A stretch of DNA of 64,000 nucleotides from Myxococcota bacterium (GTDB taxonomy: Bacteria > Myxococcota_A > UBA9160 > UBA6930), in NCBI GenBank assembly GCA_965223705.1, contig OZ245015.1:2944001-3008000 (forward strand), in the 5' to 3' direction. The position numbers and the translations under genes are program-made. Below the pieces are notes generated by a model. It had not been told where the DNA came from. It searched no databases and worked only from the letters and a program-made list of their open reading frames with translations. Positions within the stretch are counted from its first letter, which is position 1; every line of letters starts with the position of its first letter. This document shows, in pieces, positions 19,302 through 28,712 of this stretch.

Positions 19302-20990
19302 ATGACGTACGACATCAAGATCGAAGGCGGCATCCTCTACGACGGTGACGGGGGCGAGGGATACCGCGGCGATCTGGGCATCCGGGACGGCCAACTCGTG
19401 GCCGTGGGCGACGCTCCGGACTACGCGGAGCAAATCATCGACGCCGATGGCCACGCGGTCTCTCCCGGATTCATCGACCTTCACACGCACTACGACGCGC
19501 AGGTGATGTGGGACGGGATGCTCAGCATTTCGCCCTGGCACGGTGTGACCAGCGTGGTGATGGGGAATTGCGGTTTCGGCATCGCTCCGACGCGCACCAC
19601 TCACCGCGACTTGATCTTGCGCACACTCGAGAACGTCGAAGGCATGGACATCGACGTCCTGTGGCAAGGCCTCGGAGAAGACTGGGGGTTCGAGACCTTC
19701 CCCGAATACCTCGACGCGATCGAGGCCCGGGGCAGCGCCATCAACGTCGCGGCCCTCCTCGGTCATACCCCGCTGCGGATGTACGTCATGGGCGAGGAAG
19801 CGACGGAACGCGAAGCGACGCCCGACGAAGTCAACGCCATGGCAAAGCTCGTGCGCGAGGGCATGGAGGCCGGCGCGATCGGGTTCGCGACGTCGAAAGC
19901 TCCCAATCACGTGGGCTACGACGGCAAGCCCGTCCCGAGCCGCCTGGCTCACTTCGACGAGATTCGCGCACTGTGTCGGGCGATGGGAGAAACCCAGCGC
20001 GGCATCGTCATGGCGTCGGTGGGCCGGGGATTGTTCTTCAAAGAGATGGCCATGATCGCTCGGGAAAGCGGGCGGCCCATCTCCTGGGCGGCGCTCCTCG
20101 CCGGGATGAGCGGACCGGGTTCGCATCGCAAGATGCTCGACACGGTCGAAACGCAGCAGGCCGACGGCCTCATGATCGTGCCCCAGGTCTTGGGGCGGCC
20201 ACTCAACTTCGAATTCAATCTGCGCGATCCGTTCCTGTTCGAGAGCCTCGCGTGCTTCGAGGCGTTCGGAAAGCTCCGCTCCGACGCGGACAAGCTCGCG
20301 TTCTACGCCGCCCCGGGTCTCCGCGACGCATTTCTCGCGGAAGCCGGCGACGGTCTGCCTCCGTTCAAGGCGCGGTGGTTCGACGCGGAGATCTCCTACC
20401 ACCCGACGCGCAAGGATCTCGAGGGCCGCCGGCTGAGCGAACTCGCGAGCGAAGCGGGCAACCACGCGTACGACGTGATGATCGAAGTCGGCCGCGAAAC
20501 CGACCTCGCCGGGCGCTACCGAATGGCCGTGGTGAATACCGACGAGGAGGCCGTCGCGGAGCTCCTTCGGTCCGAGCACACCGTTCTCGGTCTCTCCGAT
20601 GCGGGCGCTCACGCCAGCCAACTGTGCGATGCCTGTTTCTCGACGGATTTGTTGCAGCGCTGGGTCCGCGAGAAAGGCACTTTGTCCCTCGGCGAAGCGG
20701 TGCGTCACCTGACGAGCCGCCCGGCGGATCTCTACGGCATCACCGATCGGGGTCGGCTGCGCGAGGGTCTCGCGGCCGATGTCACGATCTTTGATCCGGA
20801 AACCGTCGGTGCGAGTCCGCTGCGGCGGGTGGCCGACCTGCCGGGCGGTGCCGAGCGCATCGTGTCCGACGCGTTCGGCATTCGGGCCGTGCTGTGCAAT
20901 GGCCAGATCGTCCGACGAGACGGGCAGGACACGCTTCCGCCTGGCGAGCGCCCCGGCAGTGTCCTCCGCGGCGGCGTCGCGCATCGATGA
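19302..20990 (+). CDS. N-acyl-D-amino-acid deacylase-like amidohydrolase
   Basis: PGFIDLHTHYDAQ, GVTSVVMGNCG, SDAGAH, RGRLREGLAADV. Confidence 0.9.
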   Translation: MTYDIKIEGGILYDGDGGEGYRGDLGIRDGQLVAVGDAPDYAEQIIDADGHAVSPGFIDLHTHYDAQVMWDGMLSISPWHGVTSVVMGNCGFGIAPTRTTHRDLILRTLENVEGMDIDVLWQGLGEDWGFETFPEYLDAIEARGSAINVAALLGHTPLRMYVMGEEATEREATPDEVNAMAKLVREGMEAGAIGFATSKAPNHVGYDGKPVPSRLAHFDEIRALCRAMGETQRGIVMASVGRGLFFKEMAMIARESGRPISWAALLAGMSGPGSHRKMLDTVETQQADGLMIVPQVLGRPLNFEFNLRDPFLFESLACFEAFGKLRSDADKLAFYAAPGLRDAFLAEAGDGLPPFKARWFDAEISYHPTRKDLEGRRLSELASEAGNHAYDVMIEVGRETDLAGRYRMAVVNTDEEAVAELLRSEHTVLGLSDAGAHASQLCDACFSTDLLQRWVREKGTLSLGEAVRHLTSRPADLYGITDRGRLREGLAADVTIFDPETVGASPLRRVADLPGGAERIVSDAFGIRAVLCNGQIVRRDGQDTLPPGERPGSVLRGGVAHR

Positions 20991-22108
20991 AGGAAAGCCA
21001 CCTCGAGCTCGGCGTCTTCGCCCCGACCATCGGCCGTATGCCGCCCGTCGGTCCGTGTTCGTTTCAGCTCGTTTCCGAGGTCGAGCAGCGGAGCCCCGTC
21101 GATTGGGAAACGAATCGGCGTATCGCGCTGCTTCTCGAGACCTCCGGCCTCGAGATCTTCTTTCAAGCCCAGCGCGGTGGCGCCGGTTTCGGACCGAACC
21201 GGTTTTGGAGCCACTCCCTCGACTCGTTCTCCGTCGCCGCCGGCCTCGCCGCGCTGACAGAGCGCATCCGCATCATGTCGACGGTGCATACGGCGTTTTA
21301 TCACCCGGCCCTCATCGCGCGTACGGCCGCGACGCTCGCCCAGATGGCCGGCCCCCGCTGGATGCTGAACCTCGTCTCCGGCTGGGTGCGCAACGATTTC
21401 GACATGCTCGGCATCCCGTTCGAGGAACACGAGGTCCGCTACCGACGTACGGAGGAGTTCGCGACGCTGCTCAAGCGCTTCTGGACCGAGGACTTCTTCG
21501 ATTTTGAAGGCGAGTTCTACGCCGTGACCGGCGGTGTCTGCGAACCCAAACCGAGCCCCCTCCCCTGCCTGGTGAACGCCGGCGGCTCACCGGCGGCGAA
21601 GGACTTCGTCGTGCGGCACTGCGACTGGTACTTCATCGGGTCCGCGGACCCCGAGCAGTCGCGCAAGGAGATCGCCGAGGTTCGGTCGCGCGCGGAAGTG
21701 GCGGGACGCGAAATCCGGTTCATCACCTACATCTTCACGCTCTGCCGCAGCAGCGAAACGGAATGCGAGCGCGAGCTCGCCGAGATCCGAGGCCACCAAG
21801 ACAGTCTGGCGGCGACACAACTCCTCGAGGAGATGTCGGGCCAGACGATCGGTACCATGGCACTCAACTTTCCCGAAGGGGTGACGCGAGAACAGATCAT
21901 CGACGGTATGGTCATCGGTGTGGGCAGCGCGAAACACATCGGCACGCCGAAGCAGGTCGCCGAGCAGCTGGCGCTCCTTCAGGACGTCGGTTTCGACGCG
22001 GTGGTCACCGCGTTTCGCCACTCCGAAGAGGAACTCGCGGCGTACGCCCGCGAGGTGGTTCCACTGCTGGAAGACATGGGCGTTCGTCGCCGGACATCCA
22101 CAACGTAG
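20987..22108 (+). CDS. LLM-class flavin-dependent monooxygenase (RutA/SfnG/SsuD-like branch)
   Basis: ATGA overlap with the upstream gene. AGLAALTERIRIMSTVH, LNLVSGW, NAGGSPAA, IGTPKQVAE. Confidence 0.85.
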   Translation: MKESHLELGVFAPTIGRMPPVGPCSFQLVSEVEQRSPVDWETNRRIALLLETSGLEIFFQAQRGGAGFGPNRFWSHSLDSFSVAAGLAALTERIRIMSTVHTAFYHPALIARTAATLAQMAGPRWMLNLVSGWVRNDFDMLGIPFEEHEVRYRRTEEFATLLKRFWTEDFFDFEGEFYAVTGGVCEPKPSPLPCLVNAGGSPAAKDFVVRHCDWYFIGSADPEQSRKEIAEVRSRAEVAGREIRFITYIFTLCRSSETECERELAEIRGHQDSLAATQLLEEMSGQTIGTMALNFPEGVTREQIIDGMVIGVGSAKHIGTPKQVAEQLALLQDVGFDAVVTAFRHSEEELAAYAREVVPLLEDMGVRRRTSTT

Positions 22109-22120
22109 AGCGAGGAGAAG

Positions 22121-22672
22121 ATGGAAAAGAAGATCCCGGTCAAGATTCAACCGCTCGAGGCGGCTGCCTTCAAGCCCTACGGAAGCGTCGTGGAAGACGA
22201 CACGCTGGGCTTCCCGGCGACGGAACTCGGCCGCGTCGGGCTCGAGCGTCTGCGGATCAAGTACCGACCGGACGCGGATATCGTGGATCAGCTCGCGATC
22301 CATTTCACCTACAACCAAACCTTCATTCCGGTGCGGGGCTCGATGGTGCTGATTGTGGCGCCCCCTCCGACCAATCGAGAGGAGGGGGAACGCGACGGGC
22401 CGGACGCGTACGAGCTCGACTACGCTCAAGTCGCGGCCTTCTCGATCGGCCCGGGCCAGGTCGCGTTCATCGAGAAAGGCACCTGGCACAACGTGATGAC
22501 GCTCGAGCCCGAATGCCAGTTCGTCAACGTCACGCGCAAGAACGACGGCGAAGGCATCTCTCCCGCGGAAGAGCTCGAGGGCAAGATCGCTGCCGCGAAC
22601 GCCGTGCGCGACTACGTTGAATTTGTCGATGTGCGCAAGCGAGACAACTGCGTCATCGAGCTCCACGTCTAA
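22121..22672 (+). CDS. Ureidoglycolate lyase-like cupin protein
   Basis: QPLEAAAFKPYG, H...QTFIP, GTWH, pattern of the AllA family. Confidence 0.7.
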   Translation: MEKKIPVKIQPLEAAAFKPYGSVVEDDTLGFPATELGRVGLERLRIKYRPDADIVDQLAIHFTYNQTFIPVRGSMVLIVAPPPTNREEGERDGPDAYELDYAQVAAFSIGPGQVAFIEKGTWHNVMTLEPECQFVNVTRKNDGEGISPAEELEGKIAAANAVRDYVEFVDVRKRDNCVIELHV

Positions 22673-22684
22673 GAAGGCCCCGCG

Positions 22685-23809
22685 ATGACCGATCAGCTCA
22701 TTTCAGCCGATTCCCACATGTGCGAGCCGCCGGATCTGTGGACCCAGCGGATCGACAAACCCTTCCGCGACCGCGCTCCGCGGATCCTCGCGAACCCGAA
22801 AGGCCTGACCGGCTCGTTCTTCGTGTGCGAGGACCTCCCGCCCTTCCGGGTGTCGGGCGCGTTCGCGGCCGGAAAGACCTTCGATAAGGCGTTCATGGAA
22901 GCCGGGATGGAGGACGCCTTGCCCGGCGGCTGGGATCCCACGGCGCGCCTTCGCGATATGGACGAGGACGGCATCGTGGCGGAGGTGCTCTACACGACGT
23001 GCGGGTTCGTCTTGTTCTGGGTCGAAGACGCGGCGTTCCAGGACGCGTGCTTCCGCGCGTACAACGACTGGCTCGCCGAGTTCGTGAGCCACGATCCGAA
23101 ACGCTTCTACGGGCTCGGACTGATCTCGCTCATCGACGTCGAGCGCGCGACGCGCGAGCTCGAACGCTGCAAGAAAGCCGGCCTCTCCGGCGCCATGATC
23201 TGGGCGAAGCCGCCGGACGACAGGCCCTACAGCGCCCCGGAATACGATCGCTTCTGGGCTGCGGCGCAGAGCCTCGAGATGCCGCTCTCGCTCCACACTC
23301 TCACCGGCAAGGGCAAAGAGAGCCAGCAGGATGAATCCGCCGGAGTCGCCGAGATCTACGCCCGCATGGTCCTTCGCCCGGGTGAGATTCAGCACTCGTT
23401 TCTCACGCTGGTGTTCGGAGGCGTGCTCGAGCGGTTCCCGGAGCTCCGCTTTGTCTCGGCGGAAGGCGACGTCGCCTGGATTCCTCACATTCTCGAACGC
23501 GCCGACAAATACGCGCGTCGCTTCGGGAAAGGCTACGACGCGGGCCCGTTGTCGCTCACGCCCACCGAATACTTCAGGCGCCAGTTCTACGCGTGCTTTA
23601 TCGACGATCCGCTGGGACTCGCGATCTACCACTACTCGGGCGTCGCGGAAAACCTGATGTGGTCGACGGACTACCCGCACCAAGCCTCGACGTTTCCCCA
23701 GTCGCTCAAGTTCGTCGACGAGAAATTCAGCGGCGTGCCCCCCGCTGACCGCAAGAAGATCGTCTGCGAGAACGCAGCGAAGCTCTACGGAATCGAGCTC
23801 GCCACGTAG
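22685..23809 (+). CDS. Amidohydrolase_2 family protein
   Basis: ISADSHMCEP, RLRDMDEDGI, RAYNDWLAE, SLH, GVLERFPEL, MWSTDYPH. Confidence 0.92.
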   Translation: MTDQLISADSHMCEPPDLWTQRIDKPFRDRAPRILANPKGLTGSFFVCEDLPPFRVSGAFAAGKTFDKAFMEAGMEDALPGGWDPTARLRDMDEDGIVAEVLYTTCGFVLFWVEDAAFQDACFRAYNDWLAEFVSHDPKRFYGLGLISLIDVERATRELERCKKAGLSGAMIWAKPPDDRPYSAPEYDRFWAAAQSLEMPLSLHTLTGKGKESQQDESAGVAEIYARMVLRPGEIQHSFLTLVFGGVLERFPELRFVSAEGDVAWIPHILERADKYARRFGKGYDAGPLSLTPTEYFRRQFYACFIDDPLGLAIYHYSGVAENLMWSTDYPHQASTFPQSLKFVDEKFSGVPPADRKKIVCENAAKLYGIELAT

Positions 23810-23826
23810 ACCGATCGCTCGCAGAA

Positions 23827-23889
23827 AAAGGCACGCGCTGCGGCTCCGCCTGTCAGCGAGAAAGGCTTGCGCTGTGGCTCCGTCTGTCA
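23827..23889. repeat. Imperfect 29-bp tandem direct repeat (2 copies, 34-bp period) in an intergenic region
   Basis: AAAGGCACGCGCTGCGGCTCCGCCTGTCA (23827-23855) versus AAAGGCTTGCGCTGTGGCTCCGTCTGTCA (23861-23889), 25/29 identical. Confidence 0.85.
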
Positions 23890-23946
23890 TCAAATACGGG
23901 GTCGCAAGCGGCCTCAATGTCCTGGAGCCGCGGTTAGGAGTCTCTC

Positions 23947-24822
23947 GTGGCGGTTGACCAGTTTCGCATCGGCGTTTTCCAGCCTCTCAACGACCGACCC
24001 TCGGGCGATCCGGCGGTCGTCGCCAAGCGAGCGGAGGAGCTCGGCTTTTCGTCTTACTGGGCGCCGGAGCACACCGTCATTCCGGTGGGCTCCGCCGATA
24101 TTTATCCGGGGAAACAAGCCGACGAGCCGCCGCCGGAATACCTGTTCAAGATGCCCGACCCGTTCATCGCACTCACTCGCGCTTCGGCTGTCACGACGAA
24201 GATCGAGCTCGGCACCGGCGTATGCCTCATCCCCGAACGCAACCCGCTCCTCACGGCGAAAGAAGTGGCGTCCCTCGACCACTATTCCGGAGGTCGCTTC
24301 CTGTTCGGGATCGGGGCCGGCTGGAACGAGCCCGAGTGCACGGTGATGGGCGGCGATTTCCCGCATCGGTGGACCCAGGCGCAAGACGCGATCCTCGCCA
24401 TGAAAGAGCTGTGGACGAAGGACGAGGCCGCGTACGACGGCAAGTACGTGAAGTTCCCGCCGGTGATCTGCAAACCCGCTCCCGCCCGCAAGCCGCACCC
24501 GCCGGTCCTGCTCGGAAGCATCGGTTCGCCGTTCGTGCTGAAGCGCGTCGTCGCGTGGGGCGACGGGTGGTTGCCCTTCAGCACCGATCCGTCGGAAATG
24601 GCAAAGGGCCGCGAGGAACTCACCGCGATGGCGAAGGCAGCCGGCCGCGACCCGGCGTCGATCGACGTCACGTGCTTTTCGCCCGAGGGTTTTTTCCGCA
24701 AGGCGTCCGAGGTGGCGGAGCTCAAGAAGACGGGCTCGAACGGTTGTGTCCTGTGGCTCAGCGCGAAGGACGAGAAGAGCGTCTTGGCCGAGCTCGAGGA
24801 TCTCGCCGCGGAGCTTCTCTGA
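23947..24822 (+). CDS. LLM-class oxidoreductase, probable F420-dependent Rv2161c-like family
   Basis: AEELGFSSYWAPEHTVIP, PDPFIAL, ERNPLLTAKEVASLDHYSGGRFLFGIGAGWN. SD AGGAG, GTG start. Confidence 0.88.
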   Translation: MAVDQFRIGVFQPLNDRPSGDPAVVAKRAEELGFSSYWAPEHTVIPVGSADIYPGKQADEPPPEYLFKMPDPFIALTRASAVTTKIELGTGVCLIPERNPLLTAKEVASLDHYSGGRFLFGIGAGWNEPECTVMGGDFPHRWTQAQDAILAMKELWTKDEAAYDGKYVKFPPVICKPAPARKPHPPVLLGSIGSPFVLKRVVAWGDGWLPFSTDPSEMAKGREELTAMAKAAGRDPASIDVTCFSPEGFFRKASEVAELKKTGSNGCVLWLSAKDEKSVLAELEDLAAELL

Positions 24823-25230
24823 ATGGCCCGAAAGACCGCGAAGCAGCTCGTCGAGGAGGCGGATGCCGCCGTCAAGAGCGTGACCCCTGCCGAGGCCCAA
24901 GCCGCCGCCAAACAGGGCGCGCTTGTGGTCGACTTGCGAGACATTCGAGAACGCGTCCGAGAGGGCTTCATCCCCGGCTCGTACCACGCGCCGCGGGGAA
25001 TGCTCGAATTCTGGGTCTGTCCGGAAAGTCCGTACCACAAACCGGTGTTCGCCGAGGACCGCGAGTTCGTCTTCTTCTGCGCGAGTGGCTGGCGTTCGGC
25101 GCTCGCGGCGAAGACCGCGCAGGAAATGGGCGTACCGAAGGTGAGCCACCTCGCGGGCGGATTCACGGCTTGGCGGGAGTCCGGTGCCGACGTTTTGAAA
25201 ACCGATGACGGTAAGGAGCCGCGCGAATGA
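24823..25230 (+). CDS. Single-domain rhodanese-like protein
   Basis: VDLRD..E, PRGMLEFW, active loop CASGWRS, LAGGFTAW. Confidence 0.9.
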   Translation: MARKTAKQLVEEADAAVKSVTPAEAQAAAKQGALVVDLRDIRERVREGFIPGSYHAPRGMLEFWVCPESPYHKPVFAEDREFVFFCASGWRSALAAKTAQEMGVPKVSHLAGGFTAWRESGADVLKTDDGKEPRE

Positions 25231-26441
25231 CGACCCCCAACGTACTGTCCGGCCTCAAGGTCCTCGATTTGACCCGCGCCCTCGCCGGCCCGAGCTGCAC
25301 GCGCATGCTCGCGGAGATGGGCGCCGACGTCATCAAAGTCGAAGCGGGCCCGGGTGGCGACATGGTGCGCGGCATGTCGAAGATCGGTTCCGAGCGGAGC
25401 CTCTACTACATCCAGCAGAACCTGAACAAGAAAAGCGTCTGCGTGAATTTCCACGACGCGGACGGGCTCGCGTTGGTGAAAGAGCTCGTGGCGCACGTCG
25501 ACGTGGTCGTCGAGAACTACAAGCCCGGTGTCATGGCCGACATGGGGATGAGCTACGACGAGCTCAAAGCGATCAAACCCGACATCATCCTGTGTTCGAT
25601 CTCGGCGCTGGGTCAAAGCGGCCCCCTCGCGTCGAAACCCGGCTACGACTACATCGCCCAGGCCTACTCGGGCGTCACGTCGATGATCGGCGACCCGAAC
25701 GAGCCGCCCTACATCCCGGCCGTCGGTCTCGGAGACGTCAGCACCGGGATCACCGCTTCCGTGGGAGTCTTGGCCGCTCTGCGCCATCGCGACCAGACGG
25801 GAGAAGGACAGCACATCGACATCGGTCTGCTCGACGTCTACTACCAGTATCACGAAGTGAACGTCCACCAAGCCAGTGCGAGCAACGGCAAGATCAAGCC
25901 CACGCGCTCAGGGCGCCACGTGAGCTACGTCGCACCGGCGGGCATCTTCCAGGGCACCGGTGGATCCGCAATGATCATGGGCTTCCTCCACCACTGGAAA
26001 GACCTGTGTGCCGCGATGGAGCGTCCGGACTTGGTCGAGCACGAGATCTTCGGCAACGACATGAAACGCCTCGAGCACCGCGACGAGATGGTCGAGATCA
26101 TCGAGTCGTGGCTCAAGACCTTCCCCGACGTGAACTCGGCGATCGCGAAGATGGAGTCGCACGGCGTCCCCTGCGCTCCGGTGTTGACGGTCGAAGAGAC
26201 GCTTACGCACCCGCACTTCCGGGAGCGCGGCACGGTGCGCCGCATAAAGGACCCGATCGCCGGCGAGTTCGACATCCCGGGCCATCCGATTCGCTTCTCG
26301 GGTTTCCCGGATGATCCGGGGTATGTCGCGCCGACGCTCGGCCAGCACAATGGCGAAGTGCTGAAAGGGGTTCTTGGCAAAAGCGACGCTGAAATCGAAG
26401 CCCTCGCCCAGCGCGGCACCCTCATCGAGGGAGAGTTCTAG
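25227..26441 (+). CDS. Class III CoA-transferase (CaiB/BaiF family)
   Basis: LSGLKVLDLTRALAGP, NLNKKS, ENYKPG, GLGDVSTG, APTLGQHN. Confidence 0.92.
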   Translation: MTTPNVLSGLKVLDLTRALAGPSCTRMLAEMGADVIKVEAGPGGDMVRGMSKIGSERSLYYIQQNLNKKSVCVNFHDADGLALVKELVAHVDVVVENYKPGVMADMGMSYDELKAIKPDIILCSISALGQSGPLASKPGYDYIAQAYSGVTSMIGDPNEPPYIPAVGLGDVSTGITASVGVLAALRHRDQTGEGQHIDIGLLDVYYQYHEVNVHQASASNGKIKPTRSGRHVSYVAPAGIFQGTGGSAMIMGFLHHWKDLCAAMERPDLVEHEIFGNDMKRLEHRDEMVEIIESWLKTFPDVNSAIAKMESHGVPCAPVLTVEETLTHPHFRERGTVRRIKDPIAGEFDIPGHPIRFSGFPDDPGYVAPTLGQHNGEVLKGVLGKSDAEIEALAQRGTLIEGEF

Positions 26442-27472
26442 GCGCCGAGGAGCTCCCGCGCCGCGGCGACCACTCGCGCGGGCGCGAGCTGCGTCATGCA
26501 GCGGTGGTCGATGGGACACCGTTTCCGGTGACACGGGCTGCAGGGAAATTCTTCCCGGAGGACGCGTTGCCGTTCTAGCAGATGCGCGGTGTGTCGCTGA
26601 TCGGTCGGGCCGATCACGCACACGACCGGGCGCGACAGAGCCACCGCGATGTGACGCGGTCCCGTGTCGTTCGTCAGCAACAGCCTCGCGTCGGCGAGCA
26701 GAGCGACCAAATCGGCGAGGCCGGAGGAAGCCCCTCCCAGGCGGATCGGTTCCGAGTGGGCCTCGTCCGCGATGGCCCGCGCGATCGCTTCTTCACCGGG
26801 GCCGGGCGCCAAAACCGCGCGTAGTCCCAGCTCCTTTTCCATCCTGTCGCACGCGCTCGCGAAGTGTTCCGGCGGCCACAGTTTGCTCGCGCCGAAACTC
26901 GCTCCCGGGGTCACCACGACGTAGTCCGTGCCGGGACCAAGGCCCGCCGCCGCTAGGCGCGAACGCACGCGCTCGCGTGCGCCCGGGTCGACATGGAGCT
27001 CCATCGTTTCGCCCGCGTCGTCGCAACCGAGCGCGCGCGTAATGCGCAGAAAACGCTCGATCATGGAGATCGGCACCCGGCGTCCGTTTTCATCGCGGGG
27101 CGGCGGTAGAGCTTGCGTCAGCAACGCGCGGCGGAGGGGTTCTCGCGCATAGCCCACGCGTACCGGAATGCCGGCCAGCGCGGGGAGGAGCGCGGCACGG
27201 GTCGAGTCCGGAAAACAGACCGCTGCATCGAAGTTCGCTTCGGCGAGAGAAGCAGCCGCCTGCCTCTGCGCGCGAATCCCGCGCTCCGGTGCGGGCTCAA
27301 ATCGATCGACGTGTGGATGCCCCTCGAGAAGCGGTGCGAGGTAGGCCCTCCCCGAAACGACGAGTTGCCCCACCCCGCTCTGCCGCAAAGCCCGAAGCGC
27401 AGGTGTCATCATGACGGCGTCGCCGACCCAGTTCGGCGACCGAACCCAGACCTTTGAGCCGGCGAGATCCAT
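26438..27472 (-). CDS. waaF: Lipopolysaccharide heptosyltransferase II (GT9)
   Basis: PNWVGDAVM, PGASFGASKLWP, TNDTGPRHIA, CSPCHRKRCP...CM. Confidence 0.88.
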   Translation of the reverse strand: MDLAGSKVWVRSPNWVGDAVMMTPALRALRQSGVGQLVVSGRAYLAPLLEGHPHVDRFEPAPERGIRAQRQAAASLAEANFDAAVCFPDSTRAALLPALAGIPVRVGYAREPLRRALLTQALPPPRDENGRRVPISMIERFLRITRALGCDDAGETMELHVDPGARERVRSRLAAAGLGPGTDYVVVTPGASFGASKLWPPEHFASACDRMEKELGLRAVLAPGPGEEAIARAIADEAHSEPIRLGGASSGLADLVALLADARLLLTNDTGPRHIAVALSRPVVCVIGPTDQRHTAHLLERQRVLREEFPCSPCHRKRCPIDHRCMTQLAPARVVAAARELLGA

Positions 27473-27494
27473 GGGCGACGACGCGTCGTATCGC

Positions 27495-28712
27495 CTAGAG
27501 GAAGTATTCCTCGCGCTCTTCGGCCAGCTCGATCTCGGCCTCGGGGTTTTCGACCAACCCCTCGATCCACCAGTTCGCGCTGTGGTAGAGGCAAGTCACT
27601 TCCCGGCACTCGTGACTGGCGTCGAAGCGATCGAGAAGACCGGCGAGCGAATCACCGGTCGCGCGCGCCTCTTCATCGCCGCGATAAGCCGTACGGCTAC
27701 CGACGCGCGCTTTCTCGACCCCGCGGTGCGCCGGGCAGTTGAAGAGTCCGGTGGGCGTCAGCACCTGTCGCAGAGCCTGCATGTGGCAGGTCTTCGGTTG
27801 GCGCGTCGCCTCTTGCCAATTGCCTTCTTCGAGGAGCCGCAAGTTCGTGCTCTCGTAGACGTCGAACCCGTCACCGGCGAGCTCTTTCGCCGAATCGACC
27901 GCCTCCCGAATCCGCTTCACGACGGCACTCAGCTCGCGCTTCGATTTATCGGGGTCCATCACCTCGGCGCCATCGTCCTGTCTTTCGAGGACGGGCTTGA
28001 ACGCGATGTAATCGAACTGGTACTGCTTCGCACGCTCGGCAGCGAGACGAATCTCGTGAATGTTCTCGTGCAGCTCGTTGTCTTCGCGCGTCGCACCGCC
28101 CCACACGATGATGTAGCTGAAGCCGACGCGTACGTTGGGGTTGCGTTCCTTCAACTGCGGGATCCACTCGCACACCGCGTCGAGGTCCCACTTCTTGTTC
28201 ACGGGGTTGTGCATCGCGACGAAGAGCTCGTTGCTTCCGGAGTCGAGTGAGAGGCGGATCCAGTCGGGCGCCTTCATGTACTGAATCGCCTCGAGCAAAC
28301 GGTCGCCCCGGCTTCCGTTCGACACGATCGAGACCTGGAGATCGAGCTCCTTCAGGAACTTCACGAAATCCGGGAAGCGCGGATACAGGGTCGGCTCGCC
28401 TCCGCCGATCAAGATGACCGAACGCAGCCCGCGCTTCGCCATCCACTCGATCGATTCGCGGAGCTCCGCTTCTTGGTGCTTGTTCTTCGTGTTGAGGATG
28501 TCCCAGTCGATGCAGTGGGTGCACCGGTAGTTGCACGCCGTGGTGAGGTCGAGGTTGATCGAGATCGGCGAAAGCTCGGGCGGCGGGGGCTCTTTCTCGC
28601 CGCGTGCCCGCGCGTCTGCGACGGCGCGCCGCCAGTTCACGTACGTCTGGACCTGGCCCGCGGCGCTCGGCTGCCTGAGTTTGCCGGTGAAATCGTGGAT
28701 CGCGTGAGTCAA
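27495..28712 (-). CDS. Radical SAM protein with Cys-containing C-terminal (SPASM/twitch-like) extension
   Basis: CNYRCTHC, IGGGEP, RLSLD, C-terminal CHMQ...CPAH...CREVTC. Probable TTG start overlapping the upstream stop (TTGA), with a purine-rich SD. Confidence 0.85.
   Translation of the reverse strand: MTHAIHDFTGKLRQPSAAGQVQTYVNWRRAVADARARGEKEPPPPELSPISINLDLTTACNYRCTHCIDWDILNTKNKHQEAELRESIEWMAKRGLRSVILIGGGEPTLYPRFPDFVKFLKELDLQVSIVSNGSRGDRLLEAIQYMKAPDWIRLSLDSGSNELFVAMHNPVNKKWDLDAVCEWIPQLKERNPNVRVGFSYIIVWGGATREDNELHENIHEIRLAAERAKQYQFDYIAFKPVLERQDDGAEVMDPDKSKRELSAVVKRIREAVDSAKELAGDGFDVYESTNLRLLEEGNWQEATRQPKTCHMQALRQVLTPTGLFNCPAHRGVEKARVGSRTAYRGDEEARATGDSLAGLLDRFDASHECREVTCLYHSANWWIEGLVENPEAEIELAEEREEYFL

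Noticed and set aside
23827..23889. Tandem repeat as a mini-CRISPR array
   Set aside because: There are only two copies separated by 5 bp, with no spacer-length gap and no cas genes.
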